From: a bacterium
GTDB lineage: Bacteria > UBA8248
Direction of reading: 5' to 3'
NCBI GenBank assembly: GCA_965204535.1
Contig: OZ241996.1
Coordinates: 896,001 to 960,000 of the forward strand
DNA length: 64,000 nt
In this document: piece by piece, positions 47,380 through 57,009 of the stretch
Position numbering within the stretch: position 1 is the stretch's first letter
Layout of the letters: each line of letters starts with the position of its first letter
Program-made: the position numbers and the translations under genes
Notes under the pieces: generated by a model
The model's input: the letters and a program-made list of their open reading frames with translations, nothing else
Databases searched by the model: none
What the model was told of the DNA's origin: nothing

Positions 47380-48508
47380 GGCTTCTCATGGTCCTGTAGG
47401 GCCGCTTTCCGGGGCCGGTGTAGCGCGCCCGGGGGCGGATGAGGCGGTTGTCGGCCTGTTGCTCCAGGATGTTGGCCGTCCAGCCCGCGACGCGCGACAT
47501 GGCGATGATGGGGACGAACAGCTCCATGGGGATGCCCAGCCCCTGCCATAGGGGTGCGGAGTAGAAATCCACGTTCGGGATGACGCCCTTTCGGCTCTGC
47601 ACGGCGTGGTCGAGCGCGCGCGCCATATCGAACCACCTGGCGTCGCGGCCGGGCTGGTGGCACACCTCCTCCGCCAGTTCGATGAGCACGCTCGCGCGCG
47701 GGTCGCCGCTCTTCGTATAGACCCGGTGGCCGAAGCCCATGAACAGGCGTTTCTTCGCGAGCGCCGCCTCGACGAAGGGCTCCACGTTCTCGATATCGCC
47801 GATCTCTCTTAAAGTCTCCATCACTGCGAGGCCCGCGCCCCCGTGCAGGGGGCCTTTCAAGGCGCTGATGCCCGCCGTGACGGCGGAGTAGATGTCCGAC
47901 ATGGTGGAGGTGACGACGCGCGTCGCGAAAGTGGACGCATTGAACTCGTGCTCCGCATAGAGGACGAGGGTGGCGTCGAGCGCGCGCGCGTCGAGCTTGT
48001 CGGGCGCCTGGCCCGTGATCATGTAGAGGAAATTCGCCGCATGCCCGAGTCCTCTGCGGGGGTTGAGCGGCTTGAGGCCTGCCGCCAGGCGGTGCTGGGC
48101 GGCGACGATGGTGGGTATTTTCGCGGTGAGCCGAAGCGCCTTTCTGCGGTTCGCCTCCGGCGAGTCGTCCTCAGCTTCTTCGTCGAACAGCCCCTGGATG
48201 CCCACGCCGCCTCTCAGCGCCGCCGTTCTCTGCGAGCCTGTGGGTATCTGCCTCAAGGCGCGCAGCATTCCGGGCGAGAGCGCGCGCTCGGCCTTCATGG
48301 CCCCGTCGAATTCCTTCAAGCGCTCTCGGGTGGGGAGTTCGCCGTGCCACAGGAGATAGACGATCTCCTCGAAGGTGACCTTCTTGCGCACCATCTCGGG
48401 CACGTCGTAGCCGTAATACCCCAGAATCCCGTTCACGCCGTCGAGCGAGCATATCCGCGTGTCGGCCGCGATGACGCCCTCGAGGCCTCGAACCGGTGTA
48501 TCTTCCAT
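47372..48508 (-). CDS. Citrate/2-methylcitrate synthase (PrpC-like)
   Basis: 'GLEGV', 'EHEFNASTF', 'LKGPLHGGA', 'MGFGHRVY', 'PNVDFYS', 'RLIRP'. Confidence 0.92.
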   Translation of the reverse strand: MEDTPVRGLEGVIAADTRICSLDGVNGILGYYGYDVPEMVRKKVTFEEIVYLLWHGELPTRERLKEFDGAMKAERALSPGMLRALRQIPTGSQRTAALRGGVGIQGLFDEEAEDDSPEANRRKALRLTAKIPTIVAAQHRLAAGLKPLNPRRGLGHAANFLYMITGQAPDKLDARALDATLVLYAEHEFNASTFATRVVTSTMSDIYSAVTAGISALKGPLHGGAGLAVMETLREIGDIENVEPFVEAALAKKRLFMGFGHRVYTKSGDPRASVLIELAEEVCHQPGRDARWFDMARALDHAVQSRKGVIPNVDFYSAPLWQGLGIPMELFVPIIAMSRVAGWTANILEQQADNRLIRPRARYTGPGKRPYRTMRSRG

Positions 48509-48532
48509 GACGACTCTCCTCTGCGGCGCGTT

Positions 48533-49489
48533 TTAGTCGTAGATTTCCGGATTGGCGAGCGAGGTGACTTTCTCACCCTCCACCGCCCGCTTGATATTAT
48601 CGCACAAAAGCTTGTAGCTCTCACGCTGGACGCTTTCGGTCTGGGCGGCGTTGTGGGGCGACATGACGACGTTGGGAAAACCGTTCAGCGGATGATCCGC
48701 AGGCAACGGGTCCGGCTCGACCACGTCGAGGCCTGCGCCCGCGATTTTGCCCTCGCGGACCGCGTCGGTGAGCGCATCGGTATCCACGTGGGGGCCGCGC
48801 GATACGTTGACGAGAGAGGCCGTCTCCTTCATCAGGTCGAATTCTTTTTCACCAATCATGCCCGTGTTCTCGGGCGTCAGGGGCAGGGTGAGGACAAGGA
48901 AATCGACGCGCGGGAGGAGTTCGTGGAGCGTCTTCACCTCTTCCACCTCGAAGCCCTCGGGCTGGAACTTCCCCCGCGTGCGCGTGTAGGCGCAGATTTC
49001 CATCTCGAAGGCGGCGGCGCGCTTGGCCAGCGCTTGGCCGATGTTCCCGAGACCCACGATACCCAGCGTCGCGCCCTGAAGCTGGAAGTGGAGTTTGCGT
49101 TCTCCAATCGGCCAGAGCCAGGGCCTTCTGGCCATGATGAGGGTGAGCGCCATGGCGTGCTCCGCCACCGGGATGCAGCGCATCCAGCCGGGCGCGTTGG
49201 CGACGGGGATGCCGAGTTCGGTGGCTCCCGCCAAGTCGATGTTGTCCACGCCGGTGCCCACCTTGCCGACCACCTTGATATCCGGCCCCGCCTCCATCAT
49301 CTCCCGCGTGATGGGGGCGAACCCGGTAGTGAGCGCGCACGCGCTCTCGGCCTCCTTGAGCAGACTCGCGTCGTCGAAGGATTCCGGCTCTACGAACTCA
49401 TAGCCCTCGTGCAGGTATTCCACCATGAAGGCCTTGCGGGCGGGCTGTGTTTTCGTGCGCTCATCCACGCTCAAGACGCGGTGTGTCAT
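48533..49489 (-). CDS. D-isomer-specific 2-hydroxyacid dehydrogenase
   Basis: 'GTGVDNID', 'GIVGLGNIG', 'VNVSRG', 'GAGLDVVEPDP', 'SPHNA'. Confidence 0.92.
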   Translation of the reverse strand: MTHRVLSVDERTKTQPARKAFMVEYLHEGYEFVEPESFDDASLLKEAESACALTTGFAPITREMMEAGPDIKVVGKVGTGVDNIDLAGATELGIPVANAPGWMRCIPVAEHAMALTLIMARRPWLWPIGERKLHFQLQGATLGIVGLGNIGQALAKRAAAFEMEICAYTRTRGKFQPEGFEVEEVKTLHELLPRVDFLVLTLPLTPENTGMIGEKEFDLMKETASLVNVSRGPHVDTDALTDAVREGKIAGAGLDVVEPDPLPADHPLNGFPNVVMSPHNAAQTESVQRESYKLLCDNIKRAVEGEKVTSLANPEIYD

Positions 49490-49621
49490 TTTGATGATTT
49501 CCTCCATTGTGTCGGTGCATCATGGGAATGTGGAAAAAGCTCCCTCAAGCCGGGGATGGATTTATCAATCGACATACGTTTATGAAATGGCTTCCTCTTG
49601 GGGTTCATTGCGCCCCCTGAA

Positions 49622-49873
49622 GGGCCGTTGAAAAGTCGCGCGGAGCGATTTTGGTTGGCGCAAGTTTTTGAATTTCACTCCCCCCTTGAGGGGGAGTCGA
49701 GGAAGCCGAGCGGTTTGTGCGAAGGCTGACTCGGTGGGGGGTGAAATGCGTTTTATCGCCAGTCCGAATTATACCCCCCACCGAATCGCTTTCGGGCTTA
49801 CGCCCTCAGCTCTTCGACTCCCCCTCAAGGGGGGAGTGAAATTCCTCTCTCCTCGGACTTTTTCAACAACCCC
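49622..49873. mobile_element. MITE-like unit carrying an ACTCCCCC-hairpin doublet
   Basis: Ends gggccgttgaaaagtc / ggactttttcaacaacccc. Interior colinear with 30675-30892. Confidence 0.8.
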
Positions 49874-49877
49874 GTCA

Positions 49878-50507
49878 TCATGATGGCTGGCCGAATTTCT
49901 CTTTCGCGTCCGCCATGCTCGAAACGCCGGGCCGCCAGGCGGGGGGCGGGTCGGCCTCGTCGCGCGAGAATCCGTCGCGCTCAAGCCTGTCGCGGAACCA
50001 CGCCTCGTTTATGCGGTTGGTGTCCGCGTCCATTCTGGCCAGGTCGCAGAAAATCTCGATCCCGTTTCCGCACGGGTCGTGAAAATAGAAGGCGCGGTTC
50101 TCGCCCAGGGTGCCGTCGCCCTCGGGGTGCGTGGGGCTGTGGACGAGCGGCCCCGCCGCGACCCTGATTCCCTTCGAGCGGATGTGCGCCGCCCAGGCTT
50201 CGAGTTCTTCCTTGGAGCCGACCTCGAAGGCCACGTGGTGGAGGCCGACTTCGGGTTTTCGCATGCCGCCCTCTTTGGGTGTCAGGCCGGCTTCCTTGGG
50301 ATAGGCGATGAGGGATACCTCGTGATGGCCCTCGCCGCAGCGCATGAAGCATATCCCCCACGGGCTGTGGGGATTGTCGCCCGACTCGTAGCGGTCCGAC
50401 ACCCGGAGCCCCATGACGTCGCGGTAGAAGGCCACCGCCTCGTCCAAGTCGTGGACCTTGAGACCCACGTGCTGGATGCGCCTGAGAGCGGGAGGAGCTT
50501 TGCTCAT
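49878..50507 (-). CDS. VOC family protein (extradiol dioxygenase-like single domain)
   Basis: 'IQHVGLKV', 'HHEVSL', 'GLHHVAFEV', 'FYFHDPCGNGIEIF'. Confidence 0.88.
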   Translation of the reverse strand: MSKAPPALRRIQHVGLKVHDLDEAVAFYRDVMGLRVSDRYESGDNPHSPWGICFMRCGEGHHEVSLIAYPKEAGLTPKEGGMRKPEVGLHHVAFEVGSKEELEAWAAHIRSKGIRVAAGPLVHSPTHPEGDGTLGENRAFYFHDPCGNGIEIFCDLARMDADTNRINEAWFRDRLERDGFSRDEADPPPAWRPGVSSMADAKEKFGQPS

Positions 50508-50535
50508 GGTGCCTCCTTCTCGGGAACTGCTTGAA

Positions 50536-53004
50536 TTAAGCGGGTACCGGGTCTTCGCCGCCGCGCGTGCGCTGTAAGACGAACACCGCTGCGATGGCGA
50601 TGATGCCGGCGGCGTAGGAGAGATACCTCAAGTCTCCTTCCAGCGGGGTGATGAAGGTCACGAAATTCCCCACGGGGAGGAGGAGGCATACCGAACTGAT
50701 GAACATCAGGGCCCGCTCCACGCCGTTCGCATGGCGCGTCATGAAGTTCTCCATCCATCCCGCCCAGCCGACGATGCCGATGAGACACGCCCCGAAGGTA
50801 ATCGCCACCTCTGTCGTCGTGCCGCTCAAGAGGAGCGGGGTGTAGACGAACAGGAACGGCATGATGAACAGCCACGAGGCGAGTTTCAGCGCCTGGAAGC
50901 CGGTCTGCACCGGGTCGGACACGGCGATAGCGCTCGCCGCGTAGGCGGCCAGGGCGACCGGCGGGGTAACGGCGCTCACGACGGCCACCCAGAAGCAGAT
51001 GAGGTGCGCGTGAACGGTCGGCACGCCCAGGTTGGTGAGCGCGATGACGCCGAAGATGACCAGCACCACGTAGCTCGCCGTGATGGGCAGGCCCATGCCG
51101 ACGATGTAGCCCGCGATGATAACCCATATGATGGTGAGCGGCAGGAGGCCGAAGCTGAACTCGGTCAACAAAATGGAGATGCGGCCCGACAGGTCGCTTT
51201 GCGTCGCGCAGGAGAGCAGGATGCCCAGCACGCACGCGATGCAGCCGATGACGAGCGTGTTCCGCGCGCCCGCTTCCAGGGATATCCAGGTGACCTTGAC
51301 GATATCCACCACGAGTTCCCACAGCCGCCTGAAGAGAATCGGCCCCGTCTCGTATTCGGACTCTCCGGTTTCCGCCCGTATCCCGGTCGCGACGATCTCG
51401 GCGAGTTTCAGTACGATGAACGCTGTCACCGTCCAGAACAGGGCGTCTCCCCAGTTCATCCCGCGCAGCGTGTCCGCGAACCAGGAGAACGGAGCCCCGA
51501 TTTGCAGGCCGAAGAAATAGGAGAAGACGCCGAAGGCGATCGAGACGTACAGGAACGGGCGGGCCGTCTGGTCTGCTGTGGGTATATTGATGTTCGAGAG
51601 CAGTTCGCAGGTCTTCAGCATCACGATGAGGCAGATGGTCTTGAAGGCCGCCAGGAACGCGGAATCGCCGATGACGAGGAAGTACACCATGACGGGAATG
51701 GGCAGCAGGAAGTGGAGGCGCGGGATGATCCTGCTCCAGGGGGGCAACTCCGAGGGGTCGACGCCGTGGAGTCCGCGCCGCACGGCGCGGATGTAGACCA
51801 TGTAGCCCACCGAGAGATAGTAGAGAATGGCCGGGAGCGTCGCTATCTTGACGATGTCGAAATAAGAGGTTTCGGTGAGCTGAGCGACGAGAAAGGCCCC
51901 GCCCGCCATGATGGGCGGCATGTAGGCCCCTCCCGTAGAGGCGGCGGCCTCGACCGCGCCTGCAAATTCGGAGCGGTAGCCCACCCGCTTCATGAGGGGG
52001 ATGGTGAACGTGCCCGTCGTCACCACGTTGGCCACGCCGCTGCCCGAGATCATGCCGAACAGCCCGCTCGACATGACGGCCGTAAGGCCGGGGCCGCCTG
52101 TTTTCTGGCCCGTCACCCGGTAGGTGGCGTCGATGAGGAATTCGCCCAGCCCCGTTTTTTCCAGAAAAGCGCCCAGGACGACGAAGATGACGATGTAGGT
52201 GGCGAAGACCTCGACGATGAGGCCGGTGATGCCGTCGGCCTCCAGCATGAGGAACTCGGTCACGCGGTCGAGCCCGAAGCCGTCGTGGTAGAGAAGGCCC
52301 GGCGATATCTGCGCGATGGGCTTGAAACTGTAGATCAGGAAGAAGAAGCCGATGAACGGGATGACGGGGCCGATGACGCGCCTGGCGATGTCGAAACTCA
52401 CCGCCGTCAGGAGCAGCGTGTATATCACCACCGAGGTGGGCACCGGGCCGCCGATGCGCGTGGTGAGTTCGATGTTGTAGATGTTCCACCAGATGATGGG
52501 GGCGACGGCCGAAACGATGAACAGCCAGTCCGAGAGCGTTGGGTATTCCGATACGCGCTCTGTGGTGGCTTCAAACCGGTAGAGGAACGCGCCGAACAGA
52601 CCGCCGAGCAGGGCGACCATGTAGGTTCCCCCGACCATGAATTCGCTCCAGAGCACGTCGCCGAAGAAAGCGCCCCAATACGCCCACAGGGCCAGGGTGG
52701 CGCACATGACGACGATGGCGGAAAACGAGAAGATTTCATCGAGATAGGCGAACCCCTCCCGAACCGGCCTTTGCCTGCCCTTGTAGACGAGGATGCACAA
52801 GCTGGCGGTCGCCAGAATGTAGACGCCCTTGAATATCTCCGAACGCGGGGGGCCGAAGAATGAGATATGAACGAAGAAGTAGGAAAACGCGACGGAAATA
52901 ATCGAGACGATGACGCGCGAATAACCCCGGAGGTCGCGTGGTAGGACCATCTCGTCCGATATGAGGCCGATCTTCATCAAAAAGGGCAGGAGATTTCGGT
53001 ACAT
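50536..53004 (-). CDS. TAXI-TRAP fused permease (4TM/12TM)
   Basis: 'GGPGLTAV', 'SGSGVANVVTTG..TIPLMK', 'EAAASTGG..MPPIM', 'GMGLP', 'TPPVALAAYA'. Confidence 0.93.
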   Translation of the reverse strand: MYRNLLPFLMKIGLISDEMVLPRDLRGYSRVIVSIISVAFSYFFVHISFFGPPRSEIFKGVYILATASLCILVYKGRQRPVREGFAYLDEIFSFSAIVVMCATLALWAYWGAFFGDVLWSEFMVGGTYMVALLGGLFGAFLYRFEATTERVSEYPTLSDWLFIVSAVAPIIWWNIYNIELTTRIGGPVPTSVVIYTLLLTAVSFDIARRVIGPVIPFIGFFFLIYSFKPIAQISPGLLYHDGFGLDRVTEFLMLEADGITGLIVEVFATYIVIFVVLGAFLEKTGLGEFLIDATYRVTGQKTGGPGLTAVMSSGLFGMISGSGVANVVTTGTFTIPLMKRVGYRSEFAGAVEAAASTGGAYMPPIMAGGAFLVAQLTETSYFDIVKIATLPAILYYLSVGYMVYIRAVRRGLHGVDPSELPPWSRIIPRLHFLLPIPVMVYFLVIGDSAFLAAFKTICLIVMLKTCELLSNINIPTADQTARPFLYVSIAFGVFSYFFGLQIGAPFSWFADTLRGMNWGDALFWTVTAFIVLKLAEIVATGIRAETGESEYETGPILFRRLWELVVDIVKVTWISLEAGARNTLVIGCIACVLGILLSCATQSDLSGRISILLTEFSFGLLPLTIIWVIIAGYIVGMGLPITASYVVLVIFGVIALTNLGVPTVHAHLICFWVAVVSAVTPPVALAAYAASAIAVSDPVQTGFQALKLASWLFIMPFLFVYTPLLLSGTTTEVAITFGACLIGIVGWAGWMENFMTRHANGVERALMFISSVCLLLPVGNFVTFITPLEGDLRYLSYAAGIIAIAAVFVLQRTRGGEDPVPA

Positions 53005-53070
53005 GGCGTCCTTACCTCGGCCCGGGCGAGCGGGCCTTGAATGGCGAGAAAAGTCGTGAAGCGAAAGAAT

Positions 53071-53113
53071 CCCGGGGAGAAGGAGGTTTTCCCGGTTTCT
53101 CCTCCTCCCCGGG
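53071..53113 (-). terminator. Stem-loop between the TAXI binding protein and permease genes
   Basis: CCCGGGGAG..GGAG / CTCC..CTCCCCGGG inverted repeat. Confidence 0.5.
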
Positions 53114-53145
53114 CGCGATTTCTCGCCGGATTATCGTTGCGAGAA

Positions 53146-54138
53146 TCAGAAGCCTTTCACGACCTCGTCGGGCACCTTCACGCCGCGTTCTTTCCAGTAA
53201 CGCGCGGCGGCGGGGTGCACCCAGATCTTGTGCACCTTGAGGGCGTTGAAGTTGCCGCTCAGGTCACGCCAGTAGCGCGCCGTCTTGGTCAGCTGCTTGA
53301 GGTTCTCGGGCGAGGCGATGACCTTGAGCATGTTGTAAACGGCGTCGTTGGACATCTGCTTGTGGGCGATCCACCAGACGTCGTAGGCGATGGAGCGCGC
53401 CGGCGCTTTCATTCCGATGACTTCTTTCTGAACGGGAATGGTGATCGGCACGTAAAACTTGTGAGCGCTGGTCACATTCTTCTGCTCGGCCTCGCTCAGG
53501 CTGATGTAGCGCACCGGCTTCTGGATGGAGAGCCGGGTGAGGGCCGGGATGGTGAAGGGCGCGCCGGCGGAGCAGTACACGTCGATCTGGCGGTCGCCCA
53601 GGGCGCGGCCCGAGGCGGAGAAGCCCAGGTAGCGCGGCTGAATCTTGTCGAGGAGCCCGACGGCGGCGAAGATGTTCTTGCAGTTCACGTGGCTGCCCGT
53701 TCCCTGCTTGAGCAGGTTCACCCGCTTGCCGGCCATGTCCTTGTAGGACTTGATGGGGCTGTCCGCCAGCACGGCGATGATCTGCGACTGCGCGCGGACG
53801 TTGGCGACGATGCGGAAGTCCTTGTTGGCGCCGTCTTTCTTGAACAGGCCGGTGCCCGTCCAGGACTGGTAGACCTGGCCGACATGGCCCCACGAGGTGG
53901 CGAACTCGCCCAGGCTCACGCGGCGGACGTTGGCCACCGAACCGGCCGAGGGGGAATACTGGAAGTAGAACTTCCGTCCGACCTTTCGGTTCAGAAGCTG
54001 GGTTCCCGCGCTGATGGAGGGATGCCACGCGCCGCCGGAGGGGCCTCCGCCGAAGCGATAGCGTTCGGCCGCATCGACCGCGCCGAAGGTAAACGCCACG
54101 GCTGCCGCCACTGTTGCCAGGAATGCGAATTTCTTCAT
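53146..54138 (-). CDS. TAXI family TRAP solute-binding protein
   Basis: Signal peptide, 'GGGPSGGAW', 'SAGSVANV', 'GTGS', 'VHPAAARYWKE'. Confidence 0.92.
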   Translation of the reverse strand: MKKFAFLATVAAAVAFTFGAVDAAERYRFGGGPSGGAWHPSISAGTQLLNRKVGRKFYFQYSPSAGSVANVRRVSLGEFATSWGHVGQVYQSWTGTGLFKKDGANKDFRIVANVRAQSQIIAVLADSPIKSYKDMAGKRVNLLKQGTGSHVNCKNIFAAVGLLDKIQPRYLGFSASGRALGDRQIDVYCSAGAPFTIPALTRLSIQKPVRYISLSEAEQKNVTSAHKFYVPITIPVQKEVIGMKAPARSIAYDVWWIAHKQMSNDAVYNMLKVIASPENLKQLTKTARYWRDLSGNFNALKVHKIWVHPAAARYWKERGVKVPDEVVKGF

Positions 54139-54323
54139 TACAAACTCCTTTTGATGGTGAAAACGTGCACACGAAATTTTGATGATGACGACTCATCACC
54201 ACATGAACGCCTGTGTCTTTTCAGAGTTCCCCGTGAACTCAAGTCCTCTATCTTCTCATGCTATCCGTCCCGCCGTCCGCTCGGACAGGGCGTGCGATTT
54301 TGCTTGCCTGATGAGAATGCCTC

Positions 54324-54351
54324 ATTATCTCCGCTGAAAACTCCGTGTCAA
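54324..54351 (-). promoter_or_regulatory. Putative sigma70 promoter of the TAXI operon
   Basis: Minus strand TTGACA-16 nt-GATAAT. Confidence 0.55.
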
Positions 54352-54444
54352 GACCTCCGGCCGCCCGCGCGGCGAACGCGCAGGTCCGCTCCTGTGCGAA
54401 TAATCCCCCACACGCCTCACTTTCAAGGGGACAGTCCCCACATG

Positions 54445-55358
54445 CCTCACCCTGAGTAGCGGCGGAGCCGCGTATCGAAGGGCGCTCCCCTCGCCGCCGG
54501 GAGAGATGGCTCGGCATCCATCCTTCGATACGACCCTCCGGGTCTACTCAGGATGAGGCGGGGGTGGCCCTTCGGGTCTGCTCGGTAATGAGGGTGGCTT
54601 GTTTGACGGGGCCGGGGGATGAGGTTGCATGGAGTTGTTTATAGGGGCCCGCATGGGGCTGTTGAAAAAGTCCGAGAAGAAATGAACCACTCCTCCCTGA
54701 GGGGTTGTTAAAAAAGGCCCGATAAACGAGGGTTCGATGCAACCGACGAGAAGAAAGCCTGTGGGGGCCGTTCGCGAACGGCCCCTACGCCGCCTCGACC
54801 CGTAGATCGTCGTCATTCCGGCGCATGCCGGAATCCAGGGACTTTGTTTTTGAATTTGCTTTTTCGCTTTATCGTTTTTCTTGGTCTTCCTGTGACTCGG
54901 TATCCCCGTCTGCTCTGGATTTCGGCTTTCGCCGGAATGACGGTGGTTTTCCCGCATTGAGGGGCTTTTTCAACAACCCTTGAGGGAACAGCCTCCCATG
55001 CCTCACGCTGAGTAGCGGTCGAAAGTAAAACGCGACTGAGAAGGGGTTGTTGAAAAAGTCCACCGAGGAGGGAGGGAATCCCGATCATCGAATTGTTCAT
55101 CGTAGGGACAGGCCTCCGTGCCTGTCCGAAACCCTGCGCCTGTCCTCATGAAGGACAACCACGGAGGGTTGTCCCTACGGGCTCGATCCCAATGAATGCG
55201 AAATGGTTTCACCCGTAGGGGCGGCCCCCCGTGGCCGCCCGTATCGGAAATATCGGTCCCCGTGGTTGCGCTTCACAGGGACAGGCACAGGGGCCTGTCC
55301 CTACCCTCCGATGGTTCCTTTCGCTAAATCATGATGTCAGGACTTTTTCAACAACCCC
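54445..55358. repeat. Mixed repeat cluster 5 (largest)
   Basis: CCTGAGTAG..TATCGAAGG doublet 54445-54559, solo MITE end 54655, MITE unit 54701-54979 (GTAG-REP plus GTCATTCCGGC..GCCGGAATGAC doublet), MITE unit 55043-55358 (two GTAG-REP doublets) flanked by GAGAA direct repeats. Confidence 0.88.
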
Positions 55359-55535
55359 GAGAAAGGAGCGTTTGTATCGAAGGGCGCGCTACTGGTCGCC
55401 TTGCGGGGAGCGGTCCCGGAAGAAAGAGCATTTTCTGCCGATGTGTGATAAGGAATAGGGGATCGGAACAATCCATTGTCCATTTTTTGAGATAACGACG
55501 AGGCGCACGGCGCCCCAATTCGATGGGAGAAGAAG

Positions 55536-56516
55536 ATGAAGGCGATACACGTGCATGAATTCGGCGGCCCAGAGGTGATGGTGCTCGAAGATGCGGCGGA
55601 CCCGGCGCCCGGGGCGGGCCAGATACTGGTGGACGTGAAGGCGGCGGGTGTGAACCCCGTGGACACCACCTTCCGCTCGGGCGCGCATCCGCTCTCGAAG
55701 AGCCTGGCCCTGCCCTGGACGCCCGGCATCGACGCGGCGGGCGACGTGACGGCCGTGGGCGAGGGGGTGAGCGGCTTCTCCACCGGTGACAGGGTGTTCG
55801 GCGCGGCGGTGAGCGGCGCTTATGCCGAAAAGGCGCTCCTGAATCCCTTCCGCACGGCGAAACTGCCGGACAACCTCTCCTATGAGGAGGGCGCGTCCCT
55901 GCCGGTGGTCCTGTACACGGCGTATTACGCGCTGATTTACAAGGCGCAGATCAAGGCGGGCGAGACGGTGCTCATCCACGCGGGCGCAGGCGGCGTGGGC
56001 TGCATGGGGATTCAGATCGCAAAAGCCGCCGGGGCGCGCGTCATCACGACGGTGAGTTCAGAAGATAAGGCCGCGTTTTGCCGCGGGTTCGGCGCCGACG
56101 TGGTTGTCAACTACCGCGAGGAGGATGTCGCCGAGCGCTGCCTGGCCGAGACCGGCGGCGTCGGTGTGGATTCGGTGATCGAGATGGTGGCGGTGGAGAA
56201 TTTCGACGCCGACTGCCGGGCGGTCAAGAAATACGGCACGATCGTCGTGCTCGGCGCGGGCACCGGCAAGAACCCGGTGGGTTCGGTGAACTATCCGCCG
56301 TTTTATTCAAAAGACATCGACGTGCGCGGATTGAGCCTGTTCAACTCAGACCCCGTATTCCCGGAGATGATTCGCCAGCTGGACCTCATGCTGGCCGACG
56401 GCAGGGTGCGCGCCTCGGTGGGGGAGACGATGCCGCTTGCGGATGCGCCTCGCGCTCACGACGTGCTGATGACCGGGAAAGTCTTCGGGAAAATCGTGCT
56501 GACGATGGGTGGATAG
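55536..56516 (+). CDS. NADPH:quinone reductase (MDR/Qor family)
   Basis: 'FGGPEVM', 'GVNPVD', 'TPGIDAAG', 'HAGAGGVG', 'GKIVL'. Confidence 0.92.
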   Translation: MKAIHVHEFGGPEVMVLEDAADPAPGAGQILVDVKAAGVNPVDTTFRSGAHPLSKSLALPWTPGIDAAGDVTAVGEGVSGFSTGDRVFGAAVSGAYAEKALLNPFRTAKLPDNLSYEEGASLPVVLYTAYYALIYKAQIKAGETVLIHAGAGGVGCMGIQIAKAAGARVITTVSSEDKAAFCRGFGADVVVNYREEDVAERCLAETGGVGVDSVIEMVAVENFDADCRAVKKYGTIVVLGAGTGKNPVGSVNYPPFYSKDIDVRGLSLFNSDPVFPEMIRQLDLMLADGRVRASVGETMPLADAPRAHDVLMTGKVFGKIVLTMGG

Positions 56517-56547
56517 CCGCCGTATCGCGGTCGCCTGGTGAACCCAC

Positions 56548-56973
56548 ATGAATGAAGACGCGATTCAGCCGGGAATCGAGGGGACGTATTCCGTCGTCGT
56601 GGCGGATGAGCACGTGCCCCTGCACCTCCGCGGTACGAACGCAGAGGTGGTGGCGACGCCCGAACTGGTGCGCTTCATGGAAAAGGCCGCCATGGACGCG
56701 CTGGCGGCGCACCTGGGGCCTGATGAGACGAGCGTGGGGACGAAGGTTTCGCTCACCCACATGGCGGGAACGCCCAAGGGGATGCGGGTTAAGGCGCGGG
56801 CGCGGCTGGTCGAGCGTGACCGCAGGCGCTGCACCTTCGAGGTGGAGATACATGACGAGGTCGAACTCGTCGCCCGGGGGACGAACGAGCGCTTCATCGT
56901 GCCCCGTGAGCGCAAGAATGAAAAACTGATGCAGAAGATAGAAAAAGTAAATAAACAAATACAAAACAGTTAA
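56548..56973 (+). CDS. Hot-dog thioesterase (FlK-like)
   Basis: 'VVATPELVRFMEKAA', 'SVGTKVSLTH.AGTPKG', 'RGTNERFIV'. Confidence 0.85.
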   Translation: MNEDAIQPGIEGTYSVVVADEHVPLHLRGTNAEVVATPELVRFMEKAAMDALAAHLGPDETSVGTKVSLTHMAGTPKGMRVKARARLVERDRRRCTFEVEIHDEVELVARGTNERFIVPRERKNEKLMQKIEKVNKQIQNS

Positions 56974-57009
56974 ATAACACATATAATTCATGTGATTTCA
57001 AGGAAAGAC

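Noticed and set aside
54544-55458. Short ORFs across repeat clusters (also 30621-30976, 33911-34662, 42304-42881, 49668-49984, 62995-63597)
   Set aside because: Translations of palindromic repeats ('PPLRG', 'FFNNP', 'VGA...') without RBS or coding signal.
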